Source: Azolla caroliniana
Lineage: Eukaryota; Plantae; Polypodiophyta
Reading direction: 5' to 3'
Assembly: GCA_043228905.1 (NCBI GenBank)
Contig: JBHGNT010000022.1
Span: 10,788,001-10,852,000 of the forward strand
DNA length: 64,000 nt
Shown: positions 11,101 through 20,939 of the stretch, in pieces
Layout of the letters: each line of letters begins with the position of its first letter
Position numbering within the stretch: the first letter of the stretch is position 1
The notes under the pieces: model-generated
Seen by the model: the letters and a program-made list of their open reading frames with translations, nothing else
Told to the model about the DNA's origin: nothing
Database searches by the model: none
Made by a program: the position numbers and the translations under genes

Positions 11101-11729
11101 TAGAGCCGGTGTTCAGGCCACCGATCAGCATTACATTTTTCAAATACGTCGGAGAAGTGTTGGTATTTTTCGGGAATAACATGGAGTGTGTTAGAAATGG
11201 TGCCACAAACAAACCCATCCTGGACGGATGATGGGGTAGTCAATTCGGAGTCGACCGTCTCCGAAGGATAGGAAACTGAATTTACCTTCATACTTTTGCA
11301 CGAGCATCTTGGCTTGCTAAATGTGATCGAGCGGTTGCACCAATCCACTATTGGATTGTGCGCCTCCAACCACGCTAGTCCTAAGACGATCGGATGTCGA
11401 GGAGATGCGATGAGGTAAAAGGTGAGCTCCTCTTGGTGTGAGCCCACCCGAAGCCCTAATGGGATTGTAGCTTGAGTAATTGCACCTGACGAGAGGACGC
11501 ACCCGTCGATGGCTTCAACTGGAATGGGTTTTGAGAGGCCAATGACAGGTATGCCATGTGCTTGGGCAAACGCGACGTCGATGAAGCAAGAAGATGCCCC
11601 AGAATCAAGTAAAGCAACAGACTGAATGGAACTAGAGGTAAACGAAAGCCATACCTCCAATGTGAAATTTCCTGATGGTCCGGCAATGGAACCAAGAGAA
11701 TGTGGGCGACGGGAGATGTCCAGTTGCAT
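8178..11729 (-). CDS. Chromovirus pol (protease-RT-RNase H-integrase-chromodomain)
   Basis: LLDSGAS, YLDDILIF, VETDASD, HDDPLAGH…CEVC, HPQTDGQTER, GPF motif and chromodomain EYEVDQILDSR…YLVLWRGY…TWEP. Confidence 0.95.
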   Translation of the reverse strand: MQLDISRRPHSLGSIAGPSGNFTLEVWLSFTSSSIQSVALLDSGASSCFIDVAFAQAHGIPVIGLSKPIPVEAIDGCVLSSGAITQATIPLGLRVGSHQEELTFYLIASPRHPIVLGLAWLEAHNPIVDWCNRSITFSKPRCSCKSMKVNSVSYPSETVDSELTTPSSVQDGFVCGTISNTLHVIPEKYQHFSDVFEKCNADRWPEHRLYDCPIDLQEGACPPFGPLYALSAPELKALRVYLDENLEKGFIQPSKSPAGAPILFVKKKDSSLRLCVDYRGLNKLTVCNRYLLPLIPELLDRLRVARVFSKVDLRGAYNLVRIKLGDEWKTAFRTRYGHFEYKVMPSGLTNAPAVFQHMMNDIFREYLDLFVVIYLDDILIFSPNMEEHTRQVQLVLAKLREHGLYAKGEKCEFDRTSIEFLGYIISPTGITMDMKKVSVIQAWATPRRLKDVQSFLGFANFYRRFIKGFSTLAKPLIALTHKGTPFLWTSEAQNAFDSLKHAFITAPVLLHADPTKPFQVETDASDFAIGAILSQADDNNLMHPVAYYSRKFTAFEINYPIYDKELAAIIAAFEEWRPYLAGAQHRVQVVTDHKNLVYFSTTRTLNRRQARWSTFLADYDFEIVFRPGGQHGKADALSPRADLALRPGDAAYAQQSRCLLKPDQLHLFATCMLQDDSLLQQIIDASKTDAFANEIQDSLQNPSKATKRKDLDTFTIQEGLLFRDHLLYVPEGPCRTRVLRECHDDPLAGHFGVAKTLELISRGSWWPQPWKLVKEYIKSCEVCARSKAIHHRPYGLLQPLPCPRRPWASISMDLITDLPLVNSYDSVLVIVDRFTKMAHFTPCSKTISGEGMVHLLLNNVVRLHGLPDDVILDRGPQFVSHFWQRLLQTLGISVKLSSAYHPQTDGQTERVNQILEQYLRCSVSYQQDDWVNLLSLAEFAYNNSLHASTGVTPFFANYGLHPRFNISLPTTSVNPSAEDRARILEEVHHDLSLELSLANERYKKQADRHRSSTPHFVVGDMVWLLCRHISTTRPCAKLDYKKLGPFRIIECINLVAFRLALPSHFRIHDVFHVSLLEPHYASQLPGRQAPPPPPVQLTTGEEYEVDQILDSRWHRRHLQYLVLWRGYPMSEATWEPSANLQNAPEVVQDFHHRYPHKPAADLGSRRRKRGDNVKIRTLDTTML

Positions 11730-11734
11730 GGCTC

Positions 11735-12719
11735 CTACTGCAACCGAACGATGTCGTTTTCCGGATGTTGGGGTCCGTTAGCTCTATGGAATTGTGGGCG
11801 AGTACTCCTAGGACAATGGCGAACGACATGACCGGAGGCGCCACAATACATGCACAAGCCATTAGCCCGCTGAAATTGTCGTTCAGCATCAGTCAATGGT
11901 CGAAATCGGGCTTGATCAATTTCCATGGGGACAGGAGCATCTGCCGAAGAAGGCGAGTGTGAGGATGCTTGGGGTTGTATGACCGGGGCGTGGCGTGGAA
12001 GTGAATGAGGTGGAACCCAAGTCCGGCGCTCTTCTTGGCGAAATTCGAAAAGACGATTGTCACAATGGACTGCTTGTGAAATCGCTTCGGATAACGAGGT
12101 GGGCTCCGGAAAGTTTAAGAGAAGATTCTTGACATTGCTTCGAAGACCGCGCCGAAAGTGATCAGCTAAAGCTTGATCATCCCAATTGACGTCGCATGCT
12201 AGTTGTCGAAATTCGGAAGCATAGACCGAAGCTGCACGTGAACCTTGTTTGAGTGCATAAATCTTGTTAAGAGCTGTACGTCGTCGGTCCGTCTCTCCAA
12301 ATGTGGCCTCTAACTCGGCGAGGAAGGCGGGAAAGTCCTCCAATAAAGGTGATGAGGTTTCTACCAATGGTGCAAACCAAGCTTGGGCCGGACCGGAGAG
12401 AAGGGTGCCCACAAGGCCGACTTGTCGAAGACCATCTCCATAACGTTGAGGTTGTAGCCGAATGATAAGTCGAACTTGGTTGATGAACCCTAGGAAACAC
12501 GACCTCGTTCCATCAAATTTGTGACGAAGCTAGGCTAGATGTTGGTAGAAGATCGGGCTCTAGGCTAGGTTGTTCTGGGAGACTAGGGTTCGGGGGTTGT
12601 GAGGATAGGGAGGTACCGACTTGAAGTTCTTGTAAAGAATTTCGAAGAGCTTCATTTTCAAGCTGTAGTTGTCGTAAGGCTACCATTATTTGGCCTAACT
12701 CACTAGTTGAGTCGGACAT
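11735..12719 (-). pseudogene. Chromovirus gag, frameshifted near 12513
   Basis: N-terminal coiled coil (12513-12719), then KFDGTR…LKQG…PMEID…CMYCGASGHVVRHC in another frame. Confidence 0.85.
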
Positions 12720-12756
12720 ATCTATGGCTTATGAGAGGGAGAGCTATGAGGATGGG

Positions 12757-12767
12757 AAGGTGAACAA
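12757..12767 (-). promoter_or_regulatory. Self-priming-type PBS (TTGTTCACCTT)
   Basis: Lies 2 nt inside the 5' LTR with no TGG tRNA complement. It is an exact complement of AAGGTGAACAA in the LTR (12862-12872), 32 nt downstream of TATAAATA. Confidence 0.75.
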
Positions 12768-12769
12768 AC

Positions 12770-13122
12770 TGTCACGGATCATAAACTCAAGAGACAACGA
12801 AGAAGATAAGCAAATGGACAAGAAAGAAGATAGTACTAAAGGAAAGACTCCATAACTGGTGTTGTTCACCTTGAATTCCTTCAAGGTGAACTCCTCTATT
12901 TATACTACATGGCATGCATACTTGTTGCACGCATGTGAATCTACAATAGAGCATGTAGGTATGCATGCATGTGCCAAGTGTAAATACTACAAGGGAGCAA
13001 CTATGCACATGATGCTAGCAAAATAATAAGGAACAATTACATACATAACTAGTACTAGATATCTTGGTTAACTCATAATAGTAGATTATAACATGGTCGT
13101 GTCAAGAGTTCGAATCTTGACA
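12770..13122 (-). repeat. 5' LTR of the chromovirus
   Basis: TGTCACGG…CTTGACA, 353 bp. Minus-strand TATAAATA at 12897-12904. Confidence 0.95.
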
Positions 13123-13488
13123 GGCATGTCGAGTCATCCTCGTTGAGTCTTCAGTCACGAACTCCGCTAGTATCGTTTTCTCAAACTCGGACCATGTTGT
13201 CTTTCCTTCTTGAAGCTCGATGACGCGTCTTTGGATGTTGTTGGCGACAACTCTCTTGAAGCTTGCGATTTGACGTGCCTCGGACATGTCCCTTTGATTC
13301 ATCTCCCTCTTATATGCATCAAGGAACTTCGTAACGTTCCTTCCATTGAATTGGCCCTCGAGCTCTACGACACGATCGACAGCCTTCTCCACGCTCGCGT
13401 CATTGTCTCGAGATCTCATCATTTGCTCGACGATTAGCATCATCCTTTCGAGCTCTCCTGCTTGGTTGCTTGAGGACGCCATCTCCAA
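13123..13488 (-). pseudogene. gag of the outer Gypsy, 5' part
   Basis: FNGRNVTKFLDAY…TWSEFEKTILAEF retrotransposon-gag motif, just downstream of the PBS. Confidence 0.85.
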
Positions 13489-13523
13489 GTATTAATCTCG
13501 ACTTGATCCTTCCTACCGCCTCT

Positions 13524-13541
13524 TTCACGTCGGGTTCACCA
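13524..13541 (-). promoter_or_regulatory. Primer binding site, tRNA-Trp
   Basis: TGGTGAACCCGACGTGAA is complementary to the plant tRNA-Trp 3' end (…TTCACGTCGGGTTCACCA, recalled). Confidence 0.8.
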
Positions 13542-13549
13542 CTTAATTA

Positions 13550-14548
13550 TGTCGTGAAGATCCGTCACTACGCACGGATCGTGAGGCGGAACCGCCGGGG
13601 TTCTGGACTAGAAGGATTTAGAGTCGATACAAGCTTTGGCGAGAAAGTACTTAAGATAGATTGGGAAAGAGAGAAGATGAGATTACACGATTGATTTGAT
13701 AACGAATTTCTTCTTCTTAATTTTCATAAAAAAAACCATCCTTTTTCTCCTCCCCCTTCCCTCTTTTATAGATGCTCTCATGCATATGATGCATGTGAGG
13801 GTAGAAGACATGCATAAATTGCATGTTTGCCATTTGGCGCTTAAGTATTACATGTGGTGCATGCTAACCATGTCACTCATTTTAGCTCTCATGTATGAGA
13901 ATTTACATGTAAAAGTACAATGATAGAAATATAATTTCAACTAAATACCATGGCTTAATGGTAAGCCATTTGACTCCTAACTTGGAGGTGCAAGGTTCGA
14001 ATCCATACTTGCCGTCCTTGAATATGTATATATATTTATATATTTATTTTATCTAGTCGCCGGTTCGCCGGATGCCACCGCCGGATACCGGTGCCGCCGC
14101 CGGATGCCGATGGCGGATACCGGTGCCGGATTGCGGTCGGATGCCGTCGGATCACTGGCTCCATCGCCGGTCCGGTTTTGGTTGGCCAAACCCTTTTCGA
14201 GTAGCTAGCCACCTCCACTCTAAGTTCAAGTTACCTTGAACTCTCTATGCTCCACACATAGACACAAAGATAATATCTTTTGCTCCACCTTATATATGAT
14301 GAGAGCCGTATTTGTCGTGCCTATGTGGGATATCTCACAATTTTTTCTTTTCTTTTCACAAACTTTATACCCTCATATCTTGACATTTAGTTGTCCATTT
14401 CTCGTGTAATAAAGTGCATTCGAAACCTCCATCATTTTGTACTTAGATATTAAAAATGTTATCTTCACAATTATTGTATTACGTGATTCCTACTCGATTT
14501 CGTACGTTTTATGGGATTTTCACACTATTGCCGAAAATCTTCACGACA
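13550..14548 (-). repeat. 5' LTR of the outer Gypsy (999 bp)
   Basis: 12-bp terminal inverted repeat TGTCGTGAAGAT…ATCTTCACGACA, adjacent to the PBS. Confidence 0.85.
13944..14014 (+). other. tRNA-like sequence (Pol III A/B boxes) inside the Gypsy LTR
   Basis: TGGCTTAATGG at 13951, D-stem GCTT/AAGC, anticodon-loop-like CTCCTAA and GGTTCGAATCC at 13994. Acceptor and anticodon stems pair poorly. Confidence 0.6.
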
Positions 14549-14997
14549 ACGTAGATCCAGCGGAGCAGGTGGAACCTCAAGTTGAGCTTGAGGGGGAGTG
14601 TTGAGAGACAAGCTCAACATTCTTGCGTAATACGATGCGTAACCCAGTGCGTAGATTGGGTGTGTAAATCGGTACGCATAATATGGCCATATAGGTGTGA
14701 AAACCGCAAGGCCATTGGGAAGATATTCCTCGTAAGGAATAATTTGGGGAGTTAGTGTAGTAGGCTCATTTATGAGCAGTCAAGTACTGTCAGTACTTGT
14801 GTCAGCCCTATTGTCAAGGCTTGTATAAAAGGTGCTCATTGAGCACGGTGTATGTATAGATTGAGTAATATTTTGAATTGAGTCTCTGTGTGTCTCTCTC
14901 TCTATCTCTCTCGCGTACTGTGTATATTCTAAGCTCTCAATTAAACCTGTGTTCTGTGTTCGGTTTTCTATTGCTTCTGCACATTATTCTTTTTACA
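14549..14997 (+). mobile_element. 3' end of a Copia element: PPT plus 3' LTR (14599-14997)
   Basis: AGGGGGAG followed by TGTTGAGAGACAAGCTCAACA…TTTTACA. Homologous to the reverse complement of the LTR at 55257-55703. Confidence 0.8.
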
Positions 14998-17900
14998 CTG
15001 ATTCGCCGATTCCTTCGTGTTGGCGTCGACTTTCGCTGTCTTCTCATCATCTTGGCCGGTTCATCCGAATCCGTTTGTTGAACCGAATTGGCTGTCTCTA
15101 ATTCGTTCTAGCTCTTGTCTGAATCGGTCGCTCCCGATTCGTTTTCCGGTTCTAGGCCTTTCACCACATTGGACCATGTCCGGGTCTTAGCGGCTCAGTC
15201 CTTCTTGACTCTGCCACTGCTGCGCTGGTTCCGACTTGTTTGGATGTGTCAACTTCCTTTGTCGACTCAGCTCCTTTCTTCTTCTTGTTCCTCCCCTTGT
15301 CGGTCCTTCCCTCACCGGGGCAATCAACAGTTTCTTTGCCTTTGCCCATTCTAGTGTCTTTGCCCGTTCTCCCCCTCAAGTGTGGCACGTCGAGATGCTA
15401 AACACCAAGCATTTCGGTGAAGTGTTGCAACTTGTCCGATCTGAGCAGTTTGGTGAAGATATCGGCATCCGTATGAACATACCGAAGTTCGACTTCACCG
15501 CTCAGGACACACTCACGCACGAAGTGGTAGTGCACTTCTATGTGCTTTGTGTGAGCATGGAATACGGGGTTCTTGGCGAGCTACATGCTACTTATGTTGT
15601 CGTAGTAGATCAGGATCGGGGTCGGCACCGCGATCCGTAGGTCTTGCAGCAATCGCCGAAGCCAAATGGCTTCATAGGTGGCAACGGTAGCACCCCCGTA
15701 TTCAGCCTCAGTGCTTAAAAGGGCCACTATTGGCTACTTTTTGCTGCTCCACACAAAAGCTGCAATACCAAGGGAAAACATATAGCCGGAGGTGGATCGG
15801 CGATCCATTGCGTCATCGGCCCGGCCCAGTTAGCATCGGTGTAGCTGACTAGCTCTTCAGTTATACCATGTCAGTATAACAGTCCCCGGTCCATTGTGCC
15901 GCTTACATATCGCAAAATTTGATGCGCGCACAGAAGGTGCTCCACGGTTGGCTTCTGCATATATTGGCTAATCACGCCGACTCCATAATTGATGTCGGGT
16001 CGGGTGATTGTCAAATATATAAGGCTTTCGACGATATGTCGGAACCGTTTCTCATCGCAAGCCGGTTCGAAGTTGGGTTTAGGGTTCTGGTTTTGATCCA
16101 GGGCTATAGAGATAGGTCGGCATTCTGTCATGCCGAACTTGTACAACATAGTCAACACATAGTGCCGTTGTGAGAGCAATATGCCGTCGGGGGTTCGGAT
16201 CACCTCAATCCCAAGGAAATAGTGAAGGACCCCCAAGTCCTTCATCTCAAATGCGTCTAATAGCTGGGACTTGACTCGGTTGATTTCATCGAGTCCGGGT
16301 CCGGTGATGACTAGATCATCAACGTACAACAAGATGCAAACCGAACCGTCCGGACCTTGCCGGATGAACAACAAAGAGTTGGACTTGGAGGCCGCAAACC
16401 CCATCTTATGCAACTAGTGCCTGATCTTCACATTCCAAGCTCAGGGGGCTTGCTTCAGGCCACAAAGTGACTTGTTCATCTCTGACTAGAAACCGAGGGC
16501 TTGGGTCAGAAAGACCTCTTCTTCAAGATCGCCTTGAAGAAATGCATTCTTCACGTCCATAGTCAATTCCGTGGGTCTGCGCGTATCCCTTCATCACTAA
16601 CCGGGCCTTGTACTGGTTAACTAAACCGTCGACATTGTACTTTACCTTGTACACCCACTTACATCCGATCGGTTTACAGTGTCGGGGAGGGTCAACTAGG
16701 TCCCATGTGTCGTCGATATCAAGTGCCCGCATTTCTTCCTCCACAGTGGCATGCCAATTTGCGTCCTCTGCCGCTTCTGCGTAGCTCTCCGGCTCACGCA
16801 CTTCCGCCACCTTGGTCATGTACGCATAGTGATGTGCTATGTACTCATGGTAACCGTACCGCTTTACAGGGTTCTTCTTACAGGAAGACCGGTGTAACTT
16901 ATCATTACCTGGTTTGAGGCCCTTCTTGCCCGGTTCGGACATCTTTCCTGAAGATCCACCTTCTTCCTTACCAGGTATTCCGACATTTTCTTCTTCCCCT
17001 TCTCTTTGCGCGTGAACAGTCTCCTCGGTTCCTTGCGCGGGGAAAGCATGGCAGAGTCTCCATTACTCGTCGGTTCCTCATCCGATTGGTCATCCCGACT
17101 CAGCCACTTATTTGGTCCAATCAACCAAAATAAGATCGGACTCTCTTCTAGAGTGCCGAAGTCTTCATCTTCTACCTGGAACTGTTCAGGCTCACTAGCC
17201 TCATCCTCCGGTATCGGGTTGGGGTCGGAAGTCCGAGCCGGTAAGGCATACCATGATGCCGTCTCATAAAACTCAACATCCCGGCTAACTCGGACCTGCT
17301 TCGTCCGGGGGTTATAGCACTTATACCCCTTTTGCTCATGCGAGTAACCGATCATGATGCATTTCTCCGCTTCTCATCCGGCACATGCACATATGCAATG
17401 CTACAGAATATCTAAAGGTGTCTCAAATTCGGCTTGCATCCGAAATATAGCTCATGTGCAGACACCTTGTCACCGATCCGGTTTTGGATATAGATGGCCG
17501 TCCGGACAACCTCGGCCTAGTAGAAATGGGGCATGCTCTTCTCCTCCAACATTGCCCTTGCCGTGCCCACAATCGACCCGTTCTTCCTTTCGGCCACACC
17601 ATTTTGCTCCAGTGTGTATCTGTAGTTGAACTCTCTCCGAATTCCTTTCTGTTGTAGACAACTGTTGAATTGGCAGGAAAAATATTCTTTTCTGCCATCC
17701 AACCGCATGCACTTGATTTTCCTCTCCGTCTCCCATTCAACTAGGTTTTGCAAGTTCCAAAAACACTTGAAGACTTCGCTCTTCCACTCAATGAGGTAGA
17801 TCCATGTGTGCCGACTGTAGTCGTCGATGAAGGAGACGAAATACCGACTCCCGCCAAGATTAACGTTTTGTGCCGGTCCCCATACATCCGAATGAATATG

Positions 17901-18146
17901 ATCGAGCTTGTTACAGCTACGGTTTTGTTCGGTGGGGAATGGAAGCCGGTGTTGCTTCCCGAGTTGGCAGGCTTCACAGATTTGGGCCTTCCGGCCACTG
18001 AACTTCGGCAAACCGAAAACAACTTGTTTCATTTGCAGGTCTTGAAGCCTCTGATAATTGACGTGGCCAATCCGCTTGTGCCAGAGATCGACATCCGATT
18101 CAGTCTTCTGTCCTTTGGCGAACAAAGAGGTGTCAACGTCATTGGT
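14998..18146 (-). mobile_element. Degenerate Copia pol (integrase, RT, RNase H)
   Basis: LWHKRIGH, HSDVWGP, QNGVAER, KPIGCKWVYKVK…YKARLV and LLYVDDLV, with many stops, frameshifts and deletions. Confidence 0.9.
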
Positions 18147-18175
18147 TGTTGGGGACAAAGCCGTCAATGCGGAAG

Positions 18176-19176
18176 TGTAAGCAACATTCGTGATGAGGAA
18201 GAACGTATGTATGCATGAGCAAGATAGACATAGAGGGATAGATAGATAGAGAGAGGCACAACGTAAACGTTATATTCCAATAGTAACAGTTACAAATGAC
18301 AACCAACCTTCACTAAAGGTTACAAAGTCACTTTATATAGTGACTGTCCTAGGGCAACTACCCTTTATGCTATTTACAAAAATAGCCCGAACTTGGGCTA
18401 TCCAAAGGGACAGTGTGAATACGGCCATTATATACTCGTATTCGACACTCCCCTGTAATGGGCGTATACATGGGTTATGTAAAAAATTACAAGTTTATAC
18501 AAGGTTTATCTGATAGATCAGTTTTGTTGTAGTCAGCAAGATCCGAAGACAAAAGACCGAACCGGTCGGGTCGGAAGAGCTGAAGTTGATTCTCAAAGAA
18601 CCGATGTTTGTTGTCCGAAACCGTCCTGTGCTGTGTGTTCGACTTTAACCAGACCTATTTTTCGTTACGCCCATCTGGTGCCGAAGGGACCGGAAATGAT
18701 CCGCCGAAAGACACTTGGTCATTCCATCTGCGACATTATCGGTTGTAGATATTTTCTCGAGATTGATTTTTCTTGAAATGACGCAGTCCTGAACGAAGTG
18801 ATATCGAACGTCGATATGCTTGGAAGCGTTGTGGTGAACCAGATTTTTTGACAAAGCAACAACACCCTGATCTGTCGTTGTAGACAACTGGAGCCGAGTC
18901 AGAGTCGACCTGTCGAAACGTGTGTGCCAGCCGACCGAGCCATAAAGCTTCTTTTGCCATGTCAGACACAGCTACATATTCCGTTTCGGTCGTTGAGGTG
19001 GTTGTGCACTCCTGAAGTTTTGACTTCCACGAGATTGCTCCATTGCCGAATTTGAAACAGTATCCGGTTGTTGATTTCCAACTGTCCACATAGCCGGCGA
19101 AGTCTGAGTCGGTGTAACCGACTACGCCTGAGGTTGAGTTCGGGCCGAAAAGAATGCCATGGTCTTTTGTGCCAGC
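18176..19176 (-). mobile_element. 3' part of another Copia: RNase H, PPT and 272-bp 3' LTR (18176-18447)
   Basis: GYTDSDFAG…ISWKSKLQ…SKHIDVRYHF…NVADGMTK. PPT AGGGGAG lies next to TG…CA. Confidence 0.8.
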
Positions 19177-19789
19177 CAACGTTGTTTATGTACGCGTATT
19201 TAACGTATCAATACGTATAATACCTCATACTTTGTATATTACGTACTATACGTCAATGTTGTTCAATCAAATATCATGTAAATTTTTCTAATACGGTATT
19301 TAACGTACTTCTAAAACAATAGGTATAATACGTATTTATAAAAAAAATGTATGCAAAACCCTTAAAAAAAGAAAAGAAGAAAACGATTTTAGTGAAGAAG
19401 GAAGAAAGAAGAAGAAGAAAACGAAGGAAGACGAACAAGAAGAGGAAGAAGAAGAACAAGCAGAAGAGGAAGAAGAAGAGGAAGAAGAAGAAAGAGGACG
19501 AGGAATCAATCAAAACCTTGGTTTGAAGACAATTAATTGTCTTCATATAGAGGCAACAAACAAAGATCTACGCTATATAGAAGACAATTTTTTATTGGGC
19601 CCAATTCTTGTGAGTCTGAGGTATGTTTAACCTTAATATGCATATGCTTGGATAGTAGTTTTCTAACTTTAATATGCAATGAAGTCACATTTTCTTTTTG
19701 GTTTTCATTCACTAGCATAGAGAAAGATGGAGCTACTAGCCTAAAAACAATAGTGTAGTCTTGCTTATTGATTTCATGTTTGATTAGAA

Positions 19790-20762
19790 TGCTTGGTTAG
19801 TTTATTAGTAATTGATTACCCAAACAACAACCATTGAAAGGGGAGGCTAATTCAATTAACCTTCAATTAGTTTCAGTTAGAGTATTTCACATGACATTAA
19901 TAGTTTGTGCAACTCAATCATGTATTTTGCTAAATTGGTTTTAAATTAGGTTTTTCACTTGCCATGAACATGAAGGTTAATATGAAAGCACAACCCAAGG
20001 ATATGAGTAGCTATGGTAGGCAAGAATACACACAGAAAAATGTATCTACAAACATCTATTCTTTTGAAAATGTTGTAGTCTTCTCTTTTCAATATTCTCT
20101 TTTCAATTGTAGTATTAGTATGAATTTAAGTTCTAGTCTTGGTTAGTTGATTAGTAATTGAGTACCCAAAGAGCAGCCATTGAAAGGGGAGGCTAATTCA
20201 ATTAAGCTTCAATTAGTTTCAGTTAGAGTATTTCACATGGCATTAATAGCTTGTGCAACTCAATCATGTATTTCGCTTAATTGGTTTTAAATTATGTTTT
20301 GACTAGCCATGAACATGAAGGTTAATATGAAAGTGCAACCCAAGGATATGAGTAGCTATGGTAGGCAAGAATACACACAAAAAAATGTATCTACAAACAT
20401 CTATTCTTTTGAAAATGTTGTAGTCTTCTCTTTTCAATATTCTCTTTTCAGCTCTAGTCTTAGTATGAATTTAAGTTCTAGTCTTGGTTAGTTTATTAGG
20501 AATTGAATACCCAAAGAGCAACCATTGGAAGGGGAGGCTAATTCAATTAAGCTTCAATTAGTTTCAGTTAGAGTATTTCACATGGCATTCATAGCTTGTG
20601 CAACTCAATCATGTATTCCGCTTAATTGGTTTTAAATTATGTTTTGACTAGCCATGAACATGAAGGTTAATATGAAAGTGCAACCCAAGCATATGAGTAG
20701 CAATGGTAGGCAAGAATACACACAGAAAAATGTATCTACAAACATCTATTCTTTTGAAAATC
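19790..20762. repeat. 345-bp tandem repeat, about 2.8 copies
   Basis: ATGAACATGAAGG recurs at 19964, 20309 and 20654. Confidence 0.9.
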
Positions 20763-20939
20763 TATTGAAAACTGTATAAGATGTAGTATGTATCACATAT
20801 TAATAGACCCACTAATTTAGTAATTTCTAAATATCTAAATTCTATTGATTTGTAGAACATAAAGACTTAGGAAAATTCCCCCCATTAAGAACAAATATTG
20901 GGATATCTGTTGTCTCAATATCACAAGAAGTCAGATAGG

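Larger units (their letters stand above)
2310..13122 (-). mobile_element. Ty3/Gypsy chromovirus (Tcn1/Tf1-like), full length
   Basis: 353-bp TG…CA LTRs (2310-2463 plus 8016-8214, and 12770-13122). TSD GGCAT at 2305-2309 and 13123-13127. PPT near 8215-8227. gag and PR-RT-RH-IN-chromodomain pol are present. Confidence 0.95.
1..14548 (-). mobile_element. Ty3/Gypsy non-chromovirus LTR retrotransposon (tRNA-Trp primed; Phygy/Selgy-like by inference), 5' part only, interrupted by a nested chromovirus
   Basis: 5' LTR at 13550-14548 and PBS at 13524-13541. gag is split at the GGCAT TSD, protease lies at 466-1251, and pol residues (NTKYKTVDKKIKPIAVPLP) run off the left edge. Confidence 0.85.
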
